NCBI GenBank assembly: GCA_964637135.1
Contig: CAZWTX010000003.1
Location: 62,001 to 126,000 of the forward strand
DNA: 64,000 bases
Direction of reading: 5' to 3'
Source: an uncultured Methanospirillum sp.
Lineage (GTDB): Archaea > Halobacteriota > Methanomicrobia > Methanomicrobiales > Methanospirillaceae
Shown: one piece after another, positions 40,008-50,549 of the stretch
Layout: every line of letters starts with the position of its first letter
Numbering within the stretch: the stretch's first letter is position 1
The notes under the pieces: model-generated
Database searches by the model: none
What the model was told of the DNA's origin: nothing
Seen by the model: only the letters and a program-made list of their open reading frames with translations
Made by a program: the position numbers and the translations under genes

Positions 40008-41156
40008 TTACCGCATCTTCGTATGCTGGTTGATATAGGCAAGGATAGAGTTGTACGCCATCTCTGAACCAAGGTAGGCATCCTGTCGTGCCGGATCCGG
40101 TTCAGCAAGCGCACGGTTTTTCATGTCTTCATATTCCTGGAGAAGGAAGTTCATATACAGGTAGAGGTCATCCCCCTGCCTGCCGAACCGATCCAATGCA
40201 AGGCCGCAGGCCCGGTCCCATCCCTGTTTCCCATACGTCGAGAGGTTGTACTTCGTCGGGCTGTGTTTCATCTCAACGAGCATCTCGAGCATCTCGTCAT
40301 GGCTGATGGCCCCTTTATGTTTGCGGAACAGAGAGGTGATCTGGGCGAAGAACTCCTCCCATTCTTCAAACCACCGCTCTTCCATCTTGGCCGGGTACTC
40401 TTCTCCTCCCGGAGGAATCCGCTGAAGCGACAGCCGGGAGATTTCAGCCTCAAATCCTTCAACAAGCTGGGGAAAGGAGAAGGTAATGGTCAGCCGTTTC
40501 TTCCGGTCCCGTTCATACGTGTATATCACCGAGTACGGGATGACAAGGTAATCGGACGATCTGACCTTGATGAGAAGACGGTTATTCGTAGCGTAGATGA
40601 CACAGTTTGAAAGGGATTCATCGTCAAGCCATACCTGCATCTTCTCCTTTGCCTTGACAATCTCAAACGGGTCTAGACCGGCCGTCGTCCGCTGAATCCC
40701 TTCGATGAGCAGGAGATCGTCATCCGCACTCTGCATCTCGTGTTTTCTCCGGGTGACCTCCTGCTGGTAGGCTTTTACCTGTCCGTTCAGGTATTTTGCC
40801 CATGCCTTTGCCCATTTCGGATCTTCCAGGGGAACGATGACCCCCCCTTCCTTCCGTTTCAGTCCATGGAAATAGAGCCGCAGGTACTCTTCTTTCTCCC
40901 CGAAGAACCGATGAGGCGTATTACACCGGATACAGACGCGATATCCGTCAGTAACGGTTATTTCATGAACATGCTCATACGATACCTTCAGGATTTCCTT
41001 TTTCTGGTTTTTTGCTATAATACGGGTATTCGTTACGTATAACCGGGAGATATATCGTTTTCTCGGAGTGAAAAGGATGGATACCACCGTCTTTTTCTTT
41101 AACTCCTCCCCGTCCTCGCAGATAACTGACATGATGTGAGAACCCGGCCTGATCAT
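40008..41156 (-). CDS. Hypothetical protein with two PH/GRAM-like segments
   Basis: Only long ORF in the gap; repeated LYVTNTRII / IYATNNRLL followed by VSY/IPY and a Trp-containing helix. Confidence 0.65.
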   Translation of the reverse strand: MIRPGSHIMSVICEDGEELKKKTVVSILFTPRKRYISRLYVTNTRIIAKNQKKEILKVSYEHVHEITVTDGYRVCIRCNTPHRFFGEKEEYLRLYFHGLKRKEGGVIVPLEDPKWAKAWAKYLNGQVKAYQQEVTRRKHEMQSADDDLLLIEGIQRTTAGLDPFEIVKAKEKMQVWLDDESLSNCVIYATNNRLLIKVRSSDYLVIPYSVIYTYERDRKKRLTITFSFPQLVEGFEAEISRLSLQRIPPGGEEYPAKMEERWFEEWEEFFAQITSLFRKHKGAISHDEMLEMLVEMKHSPTKYNLSTYGKQGWDRACGLALDRFGRQGDDLYLYMNFLLQEYEDMKNRALAEPDPARQDAYLGSEMAYNSILAYINQHTKMR

Positions 41157-41205
41157 TTAAGCTATTACACCGATCGTCTGATATATATTAGGCATAAAGG
41201 GATGA

Positions 41206-42660
41206 ATGCGTATGTTCACCGGGATTGATATCGGCGGGACCAATACTGATATTGCGGTCATTGACGACGGAATTTCTACGGTGAAGATTTCAAATGAGAA
41301 AGGCATCATCCCGGCCCTCCGGATGGTCAAAAGCGGCAGCCGCCTATCCGTGAGCACTTCTCAGGCCCTGAACGAGATCATGGTAAATCCATCCATGCGA
41401 ATCAGAACCATCACGATTCCAGGACCGGGTCTGATATATGGGGGAACCGTCAGGGGGGCGGTCTCACATCGGGGTGAGATCGTTGAACCAATTGACCCGG
41501 ATGAGATCCATGCTCTTCTCAAGAACTGTCACGCAGACGGAATTGCTATCGCGGGAAAATTCTCCGTACGAAATCCAGCCCTGGAAGAACAAGTCTATGA
41601 GATCGTGTCAGGGTATTTTCCAGCTGACCGGATTGCAACAAGCGCGGTATTAGGCTGCCTTCATTACCCGGCACGAATCGAGACGACGCGGATCAATGCA
41701 CGCATAATGAAGCCGGTTGTACACCTTACCCGCCAGATCCTCTCCGGATTCAGTGGTTTTTTCTACGTCACCTCGCGGGGGGGCCTTGTGAGTCCTGACC
41801 GCGCAATGAACAATCCCTCCCTCCTCTACCATTCAAGCCCTGCCACCGTGGCCCATGGTGCATATTACCTCTCCGGGGAACGGGACTGCCTGGTAGTCGA
41901 TATTGGGGGCACGACAACCGACCTGATTCCTCTCCGGGACGGAGCACCGGAGTTGTTCCAGGTACTGGTCAACGGGAGGAGAACCCTGATTGAATCGGTG
42001 TACGTCCGATCGCTTCCACTCGGGGGTGATTCATGCATCCGTGAAAACCTCTGCAGATTCAGAGCGGGAAACGCCCGGGCATTCGGAGGAGGAGAGCCGA
42101 CGCTCACCGATGCCCTGAACGTGCTTGGTGCCCGTATCGGAGACCATGATCGGTCCTCATCCGGTCTATCCCGTGAAGATGCCAAGACAGCCCTAGAAAC
42201 CTACTATGAACAGGTTGCTGCCATGATACGGGATCTAAACCCGGCCAGGATTATCGGAACCGGGTTTCTCTCCCATTATCTCATCCCGGAACTGGCAGAA
42301 CGGGTTCATATCCCCTGTATCATACCGGAACATGCGGATTGCGCCAATGCAGTCGGGGCTGCTGTATCCCGGATCAGTATCGAAGCGGTGATTCATGCAG
42401 ATACCGCCCGGAAAAAGCTCCTGGTAAACGGGAAGGAGTATCCGGTCACCTCATCAGCTTCTGAAACAGAGATCCTGGACCAGTCGAAGGTGATTCTCAG
42501 AGAGATTGCACGAAACGAGGGTGCACCGGTAGAAGATATTGCCGATATCAGGGTCAGCCAGGTAACCTCATACCCGGTGATTCGCAATGGCCTGCGGGAA
42601 GGAGTGATCCTTGATGCAGTCATCGGCATCCGCCCGGGTATCACCACGGAGGCACCATGA
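41206..42660 (+). CDS. Hydantoinase/oxoprolinase A family (ASKHA) protein
   Basis: GIDIGGTNTD, VDIGGTTTD, GGDS, PTLTDALNV and ANAVGAA. Confidence 0.88.
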   Translation: MRMFTGIDIGGTNTDIAVIDDGISTVKISNEKGIIPALRMVKSGSRLSVSTSQALNEIMVNPSMRIRTITIPGPGLIYGGTVRGAVSHRGEIVEPIDPDEIHALLKNCHADGIAIAGKFSVRNPALEEQVYEIVSGYFPADRIATSAVLGCLHYPARIETTRINARIMKPVVHLTRQILSGFSGFFYVTSRGGLVSPDRAMNNPSLLYHSSPATVAHGAYYLSGERDCLVVDIGGTTTDLIPLRDGAPELFQVLVNGRRTLIESVYVRSLPLGGDSCIRENLCRFRAGNARAFGGGEPTLTDALNVLGARIGDHDRSSSGLSREDAKTALETYYEQVAAMIRDLNPARIIGTGFLSHYLIPELAERVHIPCIIPEHADCANAVGAAVSRISIEAVIHADTARKKLLVNGKEYPVTSSASETEILDQSKVILREIARNEGAPVEDIADIRVSQVTSYPVIRNGLREGVILDAVIGIRPGITTEAP

Positions 42661-43736
42661 AGACCGGACTCATCTTCGACCGGGCATACCTCACCCATGA
42701 ACAGTATGAAACCCATCCTGAACGAAGAGAGCGCCTGTCATACACGATGGATATGCTCGAAGAGGAAGGGATCCTCGACCATGATGACATCATCCTCATC
42801 AGGCCCCGCCCGGCAACGCGACAGGAGGTGCTTGCGGTTCATTCAGAAGAATACCTCCGGTTTCTTGAAGATGCCTCGATTCACGGGGGGGGCATCGATC
42901 CCGATACCACAGTGCCTCCCGGATTGATCACCGGTGCCCTCCTTGCAGCCGGCGGTGGCCTCGCCGGGGCGGATGCTGTCCTGGATGATACCTGCAGAAA
43001 TGCATTTGTCCTCTGCCGCCCGCCAGGACACCATGCAACCATCGAAAACGGCGGCGGGTTCTGTTACCTGAACAATGCCGCCATTCTTGCCAGGTACCTG
43101 CAGAGACGCGGCCTGAGAAGAGTGATGATCCTTGACTGGGATGCACACCACGGGAACGGCACTCAGGCAATTTTCCAGTCAGATCCATCAATCCTGTTCT
43201 GTTCCATCCACCAGTCTCCGCTCTATCCAGGGACCGGCAGGGAACATGAGATCGGAACGGAAACGGGGGCGGGTTTCACGGTAAACATGCCCATCCCTCC
43301 CGGCAGTTCGGATCAGGTATACCAGTACCTCCTCCGCGAGATCATCATTCCCCTTGCAGAAGAGTTTGTGCCGGATGCCTTTGTCATCTCTGCGGGACAG
43401 GATAACCATTTTACAGACCCGATTACCGGTCTTGCCCTGACCGCAGCAGGGTATGCCTCTCTTATGCGTGAAATCTGCATTCTCGCAGATACCATCTGTT
43501 ACGGACGGGTAATCGGGGTCCTTGAAGGCGGATACAGTGTTGAGGGAGGGCTTCCGTACATCAACCTTGGGATTATCGCAGCAATGACCAATATGGACCT
43601 CTCTGCCATCCGGGAACCGGGATCATACCAGGAAGCGTATGAAATTGCATACTCGCCGTTTGCGATGAGCCAGGTGATTACAATGGTGACCCGGTTGAAA
43701 CAGTACTTACACCCGCACTGGACCTGTTTTGGGTAA
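42657..43736 (+). CDS. Histone deacetylase/AcuC-family Zn amidohydrolase
   Basis: HPER..RL, RPPGHHA, GFCYLNN, DWDAHHGNGTQ, SAGQD and LEGGY. Confidence 0.94.
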   Translation: MKTGLIFDRAYLTHEQYETHPERRERLSYTMDMLEEEGILDHDDIILIRPRPATRQEVLAVHSEEYLRFLEDASIHGGGIDPDTTVPPGLITGALLAAGGGLAGADAVLDDTCRNAFVLCRPPGHHATIENGGGFCYLNNAAILARYLQRRGLRRVMILDWDAHHGNGTQAIFQSDPSILFCSIHQSPLYPGTGREHEIGTETGAGFTVNMPIPPGSSDQVYQYLLREIIIPLAEEFVPDAFVISAGQDNHFTDPITGLALTAAGYASLMREICILADTICYGRVIGVLEGGYSVEGGLPYINLGIIAAMTNMDLSAIREPGSYQEAYEIAYSPFAMSQVITMVTRLKQYLHPHWTCFG

Positions 43737-43812
43737 GATCAGTACCTTTTTCTAATGTATCCCCGCATATCATTCATAGAATACCCGGCATCCGGGACAG
43801 GTTGTGAAGCAT

Positions 43813-45003
43813 ATGGTCTTTAGAAAAATATCCGATCATGTGATATCAGTCGGCGCCATTGACTGGGATCGCAGATTGTTTGACGAACTCATCCCTCTTC
43901 CTGAGGGAACAACATACAACTCGTTCCTGGTTACGGGATCAGAGAAGACAGCCCTCATCGATACCGTGGATCCGGTCAAGGAAGAGGAAATCATTGGAAA
44001 CCTCATCAGGTTCAATATAAACCAGCTTGATTACATCGTTATCAATCATGCCGAGCAGGATCATGCCGGCTGTCTTCCCATCCTTCTTGAAGTGTTCCCC
44101 GGAGCAAAGGTCTTTTGTACGGCAAAGTGCATGGAACTCCTCATAAAACTTCTCGATATCCCTAAAGAGCGGTTTAAGATCGTATCTTCCGGAGAGACGC
44201 TTTCCCTTGGGGACCGGACACTCGAGTTCATAGAGACCCCGTGGGTGCACTGGCCTGAAACCATGGTGACATACTGTCCTGAAGAGGAGATCCTCTTCTC
44301 CTGTGATTTCTTCGGGTCACATTATGCAACGAGCGATCTCTTTGTAACCGACATGGGAAAGGAAGAGATCCTTGCAAAACGGTATTATGCCGAGATCATG
44401 ATGCCCTTCAGGAAAAGTATCATCCAGCACCTTCAGAAACTGGATGAAAAGAAGATCTCGATCATCGCCCCAAGTCACGGCCCCCTGATAAAGCCGGCTT
44501 CCTGGATCATGGACCGGTACCGGCAATGGACCGGAGATACGGTGAAAAACACCGTGCTTATCCCGTACGTTTCCATGCACGGAAGTACCGACAGGATGGT
44601 AAAAATCCTCACCGATCTTCTTATGGAACGCGGAATCGGGGTCAGGCCGTTCCGGGTAACGAGCGGTGATACCGGGCTGCTTGCGACAGAACTTGTTGAT
44701 TCGGCAACCGTGATCTTTGCGACGCCGACAGTGCTCTTCGGGCCCCATCCGGAAATGGTCTCCGTGGCCTATCTTGCGAACCTGATCAAACCGAAAACCC
44801 GGTATGTATCGGTAATCGGTTCCTATGGCTGGGGCGGAAAAGCCGTGGAGACAATCCAGTCCCTCACCCCCCATGTCAAGGCGGAACTTCTCCCCCCCGT
44901 ATACCAGGAGGGGATGCCTGGCGAGAAGACCAGGATCGATCTCGTGGCTCTTGCTGATCTGATCGCAGAAAAACACCGGCAGGATCCCCTCGTAATCACG
45001 TAA
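43813..45003 (+). CDS. fprA: Flavodiiron protein (FprA/A-type flavoprotein)
   Basis: GTTYNSF, NHAEQDH, VHWPE, SCDFFG, APSHG, and flavodoxin motifs SMHGST and GSYGWGG. Confidence 0.93.
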   Translation: MVFRKISDHVISVGAIDWDRRLFDELIPLPEGTTYNSFLVTGSEKTALIDTVDPVKEEEIIGNLIRFNINQLDYIVINHAEQDHAGCLPILLEVFPGAKVFCTAKCMELLIKLLDIPKERFKIVSSGETLSLGDRTLEFIETPWVHWPETMVTYCPEEEILFSCDFFGSHYATSDLFVTDMGKEEILAKRYYAEIMMPFRKSIIQHLQKLDEKKISIIAPSHGPLIKPASWIMDRYRQWTGDTVKNTVLIPYVSMHGSTDRMVKILTDLLMERGIGVRPFRVTSGDTGLLATELVDSATVIFATPTVLFGPHPEMVSVAYLANLIKPKTRYVSVIGSYGWGGKAVETIQSLTPHVKAELLPPVYQEGMPGEKTRIDLVALADLIAEKHRQDPLVIT

Positions 45004-45041
45004 CACCTCAGTATCAGGAATAGTGGATATATCGGATTGTG

Positions 45042-46019
45042 ATGAATAACCAGTCCTTTACGAAAGCAATACGCTCTTCCCCATACGTGTATACCATCGG
45101 GGTTGCCGGCGATTCAGGATCCGGAAAAAGTACCTTTTCCGGTGCGATTTCAACCATATTCGGGGAAGAACTGGTCAGCAGCATAACCGTTGATGATTAC
45201 CATATCCTTGACCGGAACGAGCGGGCAGAACGGGGAATCACCCCCCTCGATCCGCGGGCAACCGACCTGAAACGGCTCGCAATAGACATCAGGGATCTCA
45301 GGAACGGCAAACCAATCCAAAAACCTGTTTATTCCCATGTAAACGGAACCATCGAGCCGGTGGAGACGTTCGTACCGACGAAATTCATCATTATCGAAGG
45401 CTTGCATCCTTTCCTGACCGAGGAACTTCGGAATGTTCTTGACTTTACGATCTTTGTGGATCCTGACCGGGAAGTAAAGCATGAATGGAAGATCAGGCGG
45501 GATGTCAGGAAGAGGAATTATCTGCCGGAAGAAGTGTTTAAAGAGATAAAAAAGCGGGAGCCTGACTTCAGGAAATATGTGCTCCCGCAGCGTGCGGTTG
45601 CCGATGCCATCATCTCTATCAGATTCTCCACATTCGGACGGGCCCTCGGTATGTCGAGGAACGTATATTCTGTTTCCCTTTCCATGAACCATACCAGGAT
45701 ATGCCTGGAAGACATCGAACTAAATATCGATCTCTGCGGGTTGTTCACCCGGTCCTCCCACAGTTTCTCGATCTCATGTACATCATCCACGATCGATCAG
45801 CGGCAGATGCGGACCCTTGCCGTTGACGGAATCCTCACCCCAGATACCATCCTCAAAATTGAGAAAAACATCGAATACCAGACAAAGGTCCGGCCGATTG
45901 ATATTTTTTCCGGAACTACCGACGTTACCGCTTCAGACCTGGTCCGGCTCATCATATCATGGCTTATCATTAACCACCGGATCATCATCTCAACCGAATC
46001 AGCTGCCCGTTCCAACTAG
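45042..46019 (+). CDS. prk: Archaeal phosphoribulokinase
   Basis: IGVAGDSGSGKSTF, DDYH, GITPL, IIEGLHP and WKIRRD; the C-terminal domain (RNVY...EDIELNIDLC) matches my recollection of the Methanospirillum PRK. Confidence 0.9.
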   Translation: MNNQSFTKAIRSSPYVYTIGVAGDSGSGKSTFSGAISTIFGEELVSSITVDDYHILDRNERAERGITPLDPRATDLKRLAIDIRDLRNGKPIQKPVYSHVNGTIEPVETFVPTKFIIIEGLHPFLTEELRNVLDFTIFVDPDREVKHEWKIRRDVRKRNYLPEEVFKEIKKREPDFRKYVLPQRAVADAIISIRFSTFGRALGMSRNVYSVSLSMNHTRICLEDIELNIDLCGLFTRSSHSFSISCTSSTIDQRQMRTLAVDGILTPDTILKIEKNIEYQTKVRPIDIFSGTTDVTASDLVRLIISWLIINHRIIISTESAARSN

Positions 46020-46166
46020 TCCTCTCCCTTTTTCTCTACATCTTCATCATTGACCAGCCTGACATCTACCGGGAAAACAGGCAATTTTCATCCTGAACGG
46101 CTCTGAACCGGCCTTCACGGATCATAAACCATGAGCAGATATGGGGGCATCGCAAACCATTATTGG

Positions 46167-46991
46167 ATGAAACAGATCGCGATCTATGGAAAAGGGGGTA
46201 TTGGAAAATCCACTACCTCTTCCAACCTATCTGCATCCCTTGCCGAACGTGGCCTTTCAGTGATGCAAATCGGATGCGATCCAAAACGTGACAGTACCCG
46301 GATGCTCATGAACGGAAAACTCATCCCGACCGTTCTTGATCTCATTCGTGAACGTGGGGAGGCAGCCTTGACCGCCGGAGATGTAATCTTTTCAGGTGAG
46401 GGAGGGGTGCGGTGCGTAGAAGCCGGAGGTCCTGAACCTGGTGTCGGATGTGCCGGAAGGGGAATTATTGCCACCTTCCAGGTACTTGAAAAACTCCAGG
46501 CATTGTATGGCGATGTTATCGTGTACGATGTCCTCGGGGATGTGGTATGCGGCGGGTTTGCAATGCCCATGCGGAAAGGGTATGCACAGGAGATCTATCT
46601 GGTCACATCTGGAGAACTGATGGCCCTGTATGCAGCAAATAACATATGCAAGGCTATTTCCCGGATATCACAGAATTCAAAGCAGGTTTGCAGGCTTGGG
46701 GGAGTTATTTGCAACGCACGCGGTCTTTTCAGGGAGGAAGAACTGGTGCGGGCATTTGCTGAAAAAGTCGGATCACAGTTGATTGCCTATATCCCCCGTG
46801 ATGAGATCGTCCAGCATGCAGAATTGCACACACGGACGGTGATTTCATATGCTCCCGAATCAGAACAGGCAGCACAGTACCGGAACCTTGCCAGGTCCAT
46901 CCTTGAAAACGAGAGTTTCATCATCCCGTCCGCCATGGAGATAGATGATCTTGAAGACCTTGCAAGGGCCTTTCTGCCGGTCAGAACCTGA
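46167..46991 (+). CDS. cfbC: Ni-sirohydrochlorin a,c-diamide reductive cyclase reductase subunit (NifH-like NflH)
   Basis: [35 protein letters not shown] and [14 protein letters not shown]; no nifDK nearby, and the cfb cluster lacks cfbC. Confidence 0.85.
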   Translation: MKQIAIYGKGGIGKSTTSSNLSASLAERGLSVMQIGCDPKRDSTRMLMNGKLIPTVLDLIRERGEAALTAGDVIFSGEGGVRCVEAGGPEPGVGCAGRGIIATFQVLEKLQALYGDVIVYDVLGDVVCGGFAMPMRKGYAQEIYLVTSGELMALYAANNICKAISRISQNSKQVCRLGGVICNARGLFREEELVRAFAEKVGSQLIAYIPRDEIVQHAELHTRTVISYAPESEQAAQYRNLARSILENESFIIPSAMEIDDLEDLARAFLPVRT

Positions 46992-47119
46992 AACCCCCGA
47001 AAGTGTCTACGAGGATAAATACGGGCACAGTTGCGACCAGGCATAATAATACAACCAAATTAGTTTTATTGTAATTCTTGCATAATACTATTTTTCACTT
47101 TCACCCTGCTTTTTTTGAC

Positions 47120-47127
47120 TTTATATA
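47120..47127 (+). promoter_or_regulatory. TATA box for ORF 47169
   Basis: TTTATATA about 40-50 nt upstream of ATG 47169. Confidence 0.55.
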
Positions 47128-47168
47128 CCCTTCAGTCAGATGCTGATCCATCCAAGGAAGTGACATAA

Positions 47169-47591
47169 ATGCTCGAGAAAGCAGGATTCATGCAGATGAA
47201 CAGGGCAGTGACGATCGATGAGAACGGGTATCCGACCAGAAGCGTGGAAGTCGTGATTGAGGGACGAAGATATGGTATCATCATTGATGAATTGCGGGAA
47301 GCAATCAGGGGAATGGTTTCAGCCCGGATTTTCAGGTTACGGGTAAACTGGAAACAATACGTCAGTACCACAGCAGGGATTATCTACCTGTCGAGGTCTG
47401 GAAAAGCCCTGAATTTTGAATTCACCGATGGAAGTCGGTACACAGTATCCCTTGATTCATTAAAATCACTCATAACAAAACGATCTTCCTATGCTCCGAT
47501 CGGGAGACTACCGTTAAGCAGTGCCCCCGCAATGCATCCCCCGGTAGTATCTCCGCTTCGGTCTGCTTTCCAGGCTGTGGCACAGGTATGA
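47169..47591 (+). CDS. Hypothetical protein
   Basis: 140-aa ORF with its own TATA box and an AAGGAAGTGA RBS-like sequence; no family recognised. Confidence 0.7.
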   Translation: MLEKAGFMQMNRAVTIDENGYPTRSVEVVIEGRRYGIIIDELREAIRGMVSARIFRLRVNWKQYVSTTAGIIYLSRSGKALNFEFTDGSRYTVSLDSLKSLITKRSSYAPIGRLPLSSAPAMHPPVVSPLRSAFQAVAQV

Positions 47592-47780
47592 ATCGGCCGG
47601 GAACCATAATTCTTAACTTCTTTTACAGGTAATATAACAGCGGTTTTCCAATAGCAGTATCTACTAATCCGCGTCCATTTCATTCCCAAATCATCCACCC
47701 ATAGAAATGACCACATTTGACGAATCTGCAGGAAATCCATCGTATATCTCAATTATCAGAATACGGAGACTGACACCCAT

Positions 47781-48224
47781 ATGGAACGAACACTCGGATT
47801 TAAAGAACGTCGATATATCGAAGAATTGCGCATCCTGACAAAATCAACCGCTCTTGACTGTATCATTGATGATAAATTTGATCGCATCATCTACGTTATA
47901 AAAACCGGAGATATGGGTTACGCCATCGGAAAAAAGGGAGAAAATATCCGGCGTCTTCAGAATGTCCTCGGCAAAAAAGTCGAAATGGTGGAATACGCAG
48001 AAAAGGTAGAGGTTTTTCTCTCGAACATTTTTAAACCTGCACAGATCATCCGTGTTAACGCGGATACTGAAAATAAAAGACTTGACACGATAGTAGCCTC
48101 AAAATCAGATGTCGGTATTGCCATCGGGAAGGGCGGATGCACGATTGAAAAGGCACGAACCCTTATCAGGCGGTTTTTCGGATACGAGATAGGAGAGGTT
48201 CAGGTTGACGGGGAGACTGAATGA
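47781..48224 (+). CDS. nusA: Archaeal NusA-like KH-domain protein
   Basis: DCII, MGYAIGKKGENI, VEMVEY and GIAIGKGG (two KH GxxG loops). Confidence 0.88.
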   Translation: MERTLGFKERRYIEELRILTKSTALDCIIDDKFDRIIYVIKTGDMGYAIGKKGENIRRLQNVLGKKVEMVEYAEKVEVFLSNIFKPAQIIRVNADTENKRLDTIVASKSDVGIAIGKGGCTIEKARTLIRRFFGYEIGEVQVDGETE

Positions 48225-48517
48225 GCGGTTCTGCCATTCTTGATGAACTCTGGAATGTCATCTCAGACCGGGCGACAAAGACTCCTGACAACTCATACAC
48301 CGCTAAAATACTTACCCATCGGAAGGGAATTGACAAATCGCTTGAAAAAGTCGGCGAGGAAGCAACTGAATACATTATTGCCGTGAAGAACGGCAACCAC
48401 GATGCTATTACATCCGAAGCTGCGGATCTTCTGTTCCATTTTCTTATCTCATTAAAAGCGGCAGGGGTTGAGGTTTCCCAGGTATACCGGGAACTTGAAG
48501 AGAGAAGAAAACCCTGA
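48221..48517 (+). CDS. hisE: Phosphoribosyl-ATP pyrophosphatase
   Basis: SYTAKI, KVGEEATE and EAADLLFH...ELEER. Confidence 0.95.
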   Translation: MSGSAILDELWNVISDRATKTPDNSYTAKILTHRKGIDKSLEKVGEEATEYIIAVKNGNHDAITSEAADLLFHFLISLKAAGVEVSQVYRELEERRKP

Positions 48518-48521
48518 ATCA

Positions 48522-49094
48522 TCATATTTCAGTAGTAAAGAGATCCCCCCTCCCCTGTATCCTGAGAATGCCACATCTCACTCCCGTATCGAGCCATCCG
48601 TACCAGTAACTGAAAAGGCCGAGCGCAGAGACCGGCCGATCGTCCAAACGAACGGTCACCCCATTTTTCCAGCCTGACTCTACCTGATCCTGTATCCTTT
48701 GTGCAACCGGAAATGCAGGTGAACCTGACGATGCCGAAGGAATCACCGATATTGCGGCCTTCCCAAGCATCTGTTCATATCGGTTCATCTTTTCCGATAA
48801 TGCCTCGTATGCAGACCGGGGAATCATCCCTTCATCGCAAAAATCTGCCTGAAGGGGGATTCCCTCAAGGTATCCGAGGAAGATGCCGGCATCCAACCAT
48901 CCATGGGCATACGTCAATGATGCATACCGGTTCACCGGGTCATTCCTCGTAGAAAAGACATCCGCATCGTCAAGATAGGAAGAGATCATCAGGGCTATTT
49001 CGTCTGCAAGCAGGGAACAGAGCGACCCGTCATGAACCAGCCGGTCCTGAAGGAGGGATGTCCTGATAAACCGTGCGTACGCGTCAGGATTCAT
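48522..49094 (-). CDS. Tandem DUF357 domain protein
   Basis: Two copies of Y..GWLD.G...G; follows dph5. Confidence 0.8.
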   Translation of the reverse strand: MNPDAYARFIRTSLLQDRLVHDGSLCSLLADEIALMISSYLDDADVFSTRNDPVNRYASLTYAHGWLDAGIFLGYLEGIPLQADFCDEGMIPRSAYEALSEKMNRYEQMLGKAAISVIPSASSGSPAFPVAQRIQDQVESGWKNGVTVRLDDRPVSALGLFSYWYGWLDTGVRCGILRIQGRGDLFTTEI

Positions 49095-49839
49095 AGCCCG
49101 CAAACAAGGAAAGATACTCTTCCTCCACCGGATGGAGATCTGCCGGAACAATGAGGATATGGAGGGGCGGTCCGAACGGCGTGGAAAGAAGCATTCCGGC
49201 ACTGCCGGCCTTCACAACGGGGTCAGGCGATCCTGCCCGGGCAATTCCCACGTACAGCGGGATAATTACCCCTTTCCGGCGACAGAGTTCTTCCAAAATA
49301 CTGATAGCTTCCTGGACCGTCATGTACCGGTCAGGCTGGATATCCAGGTACACGAGGGTATGGAGGTGTTGTCCCAGGTTCGCGGTGATGGTCTCAAGTG
49401 GTGTTTCTGGAAACCAGTTCTTCGTGGGATACGGGACCGAACAGGATTTTCCAAACCGGTAATTCTGAAGACCGGAAAGACCGCATGCCGCACTGACGAT
49501 CGAGGAACCATGAATCATCCGTGTCTGTATTCCTGCTGTTTCGGCACGGATCCTTAGATCCATATGGGTCGTCGAGATCATTGGATCGCCGCCGGTCAGA
49601 AAAACCACATTCCGATCCTTTGCCTCATCGATGAAGGATTCAGGATGCTGCTCCACATCCTCACGGGTCAGCAGACGGATCTTTTTCTGATACCGCTCTT
49701 CCATCTCCCGGAGAGATGTTCCCATCAACCGGGAGGTATACCCCTCCAGAACCACCAGATCGGCATGGTGTATGGCCTGCATTCCTTTCAGGGATATATC
49801 ATCGAGATCAAACAGGCCCAGCCCGACAAAGAATAACAT
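49084..49839 (-). CDS. dph5: Diphthine synthase
   Basis: [41 protein letters not shown] and [10 protein letters not shown]. Confidence 0.96.
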   Translation of the reverse strand: MLFFVGLGLFDLDDISLKGMQAIHHADLVVLEGYTSRLMGTSLREMEERYQKKIRLLTREDVEQHPESFIDEAKDRNVVFLTGGDPMISTTHMDLRIRAETAGIQTRMIHGSSIVSAACGLSGLQNYRFGKSCSVPYPTKNWFPETPLETITANLGQHLHTLVYLDIQPDRYMTVQEAISILEELCRRKGVIIPLYVGIARAGSPDPVVKAGSAGMLLSTPFGPPLHILIVPADLHPVEEEYLSLFAGYES

Positions 49840-49844
49840 AATAC

Positions 49845-50549
49845 CTAATAAAAGACGATTCGGCCTTCTTCTATACCAAACAGCCGCCAGTTCATCGAGA
49901 GGCCAAGGGAACCCTGCAGACGCATTCTTTTTCCCTGCTCATCGGCCCTGATCTCAATTACAACGTTCATGAGCTGCTTGAGAATGGCAACCGTCTTGGC
50001 ATCGAACGATTCGCTATTCAGAAGAAATACTCCGATTGAACCCATTTTTTTCAGTTTTGAGGTGACCACGTGGACAAACTGGTAGATGACGTCCACCTTG
50101 CGGAACATAAGGAGGGACGTCAATGAAAGAACACAGTACCGTATCGGTGTCGGGAAGAGTTGGTTTGGATCATCGGTAAACTCACCTTTCATGATATCTT
50201 CAGTCAGTTGGGAGAATCGGATATCCATCCCGGTAAGGTCATTCGGACTTCCCACGTATTTTATCCGGGTGGTGTCAGATACCCCGGATGCAGAACTTTT
50301 GCTGATGGCATCAATGATACCGGTATATTCCATCGGGAACCGAAGTGTCTCAAAAAAAGGGATCAGTTCATCGGCCTGATTCTCCGTGGAGAGGACTATC
50401 ATATACTCTCCCTTCTGTGGTTTTGATAGAAGAGAAGAGATTTGCTCCCCATCGGAGAACGCAGGTGCCAGTACCAGGATATTTGTTCCTGGATTGAGAC
50501 CACCGGTCTTCGAGTCAATTACATCTATTCCGGTGAGATATTTGTACAT
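49845..50549 (-). CDS. KaiC/RAD55-like protein with a degenerate P-loop
   Basis: [19 protein letters not shown] is a RecA/KaiC-type start, but the Walker A position reads APAFSDGEQ. Confidence 0.75.
   Translation of the reverse strand: MYKYLTGIDVIDSKTGGLNPGTNILVLAPAFSDGEQISSLLSKPQKGEYMIVLSTENQADELIPFFETLRFPMEYTGIIDAISKSSASGVSDTTRIKYVGSPNDLTGMDIRFSQLTEDIMKGEFTDDPNQLFPTPIRYCVLSLTSLLMFRKVDVIYQFVHVVTSKLKKMGSIGVFLLNSESFDAKTVAILKQLMNVVIEIRADEQGKRMRLQGSLGLSMNWRLFGIEEGRIVFY

Noticed and set aside
45042..46019. Pyrrolysine or selenocysteine read-through at TAG/TGA stops (e.g. prk, KaiC-like gene)
   Set aside because: The proteins are already full length and no in-frame continuation of homology is evident.
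46167..46991. nifH as evidence of nitrogen fixation
   Set aside because: No nifD, nifK or nifI nearby, and the cfb cluster needs a CfbC.
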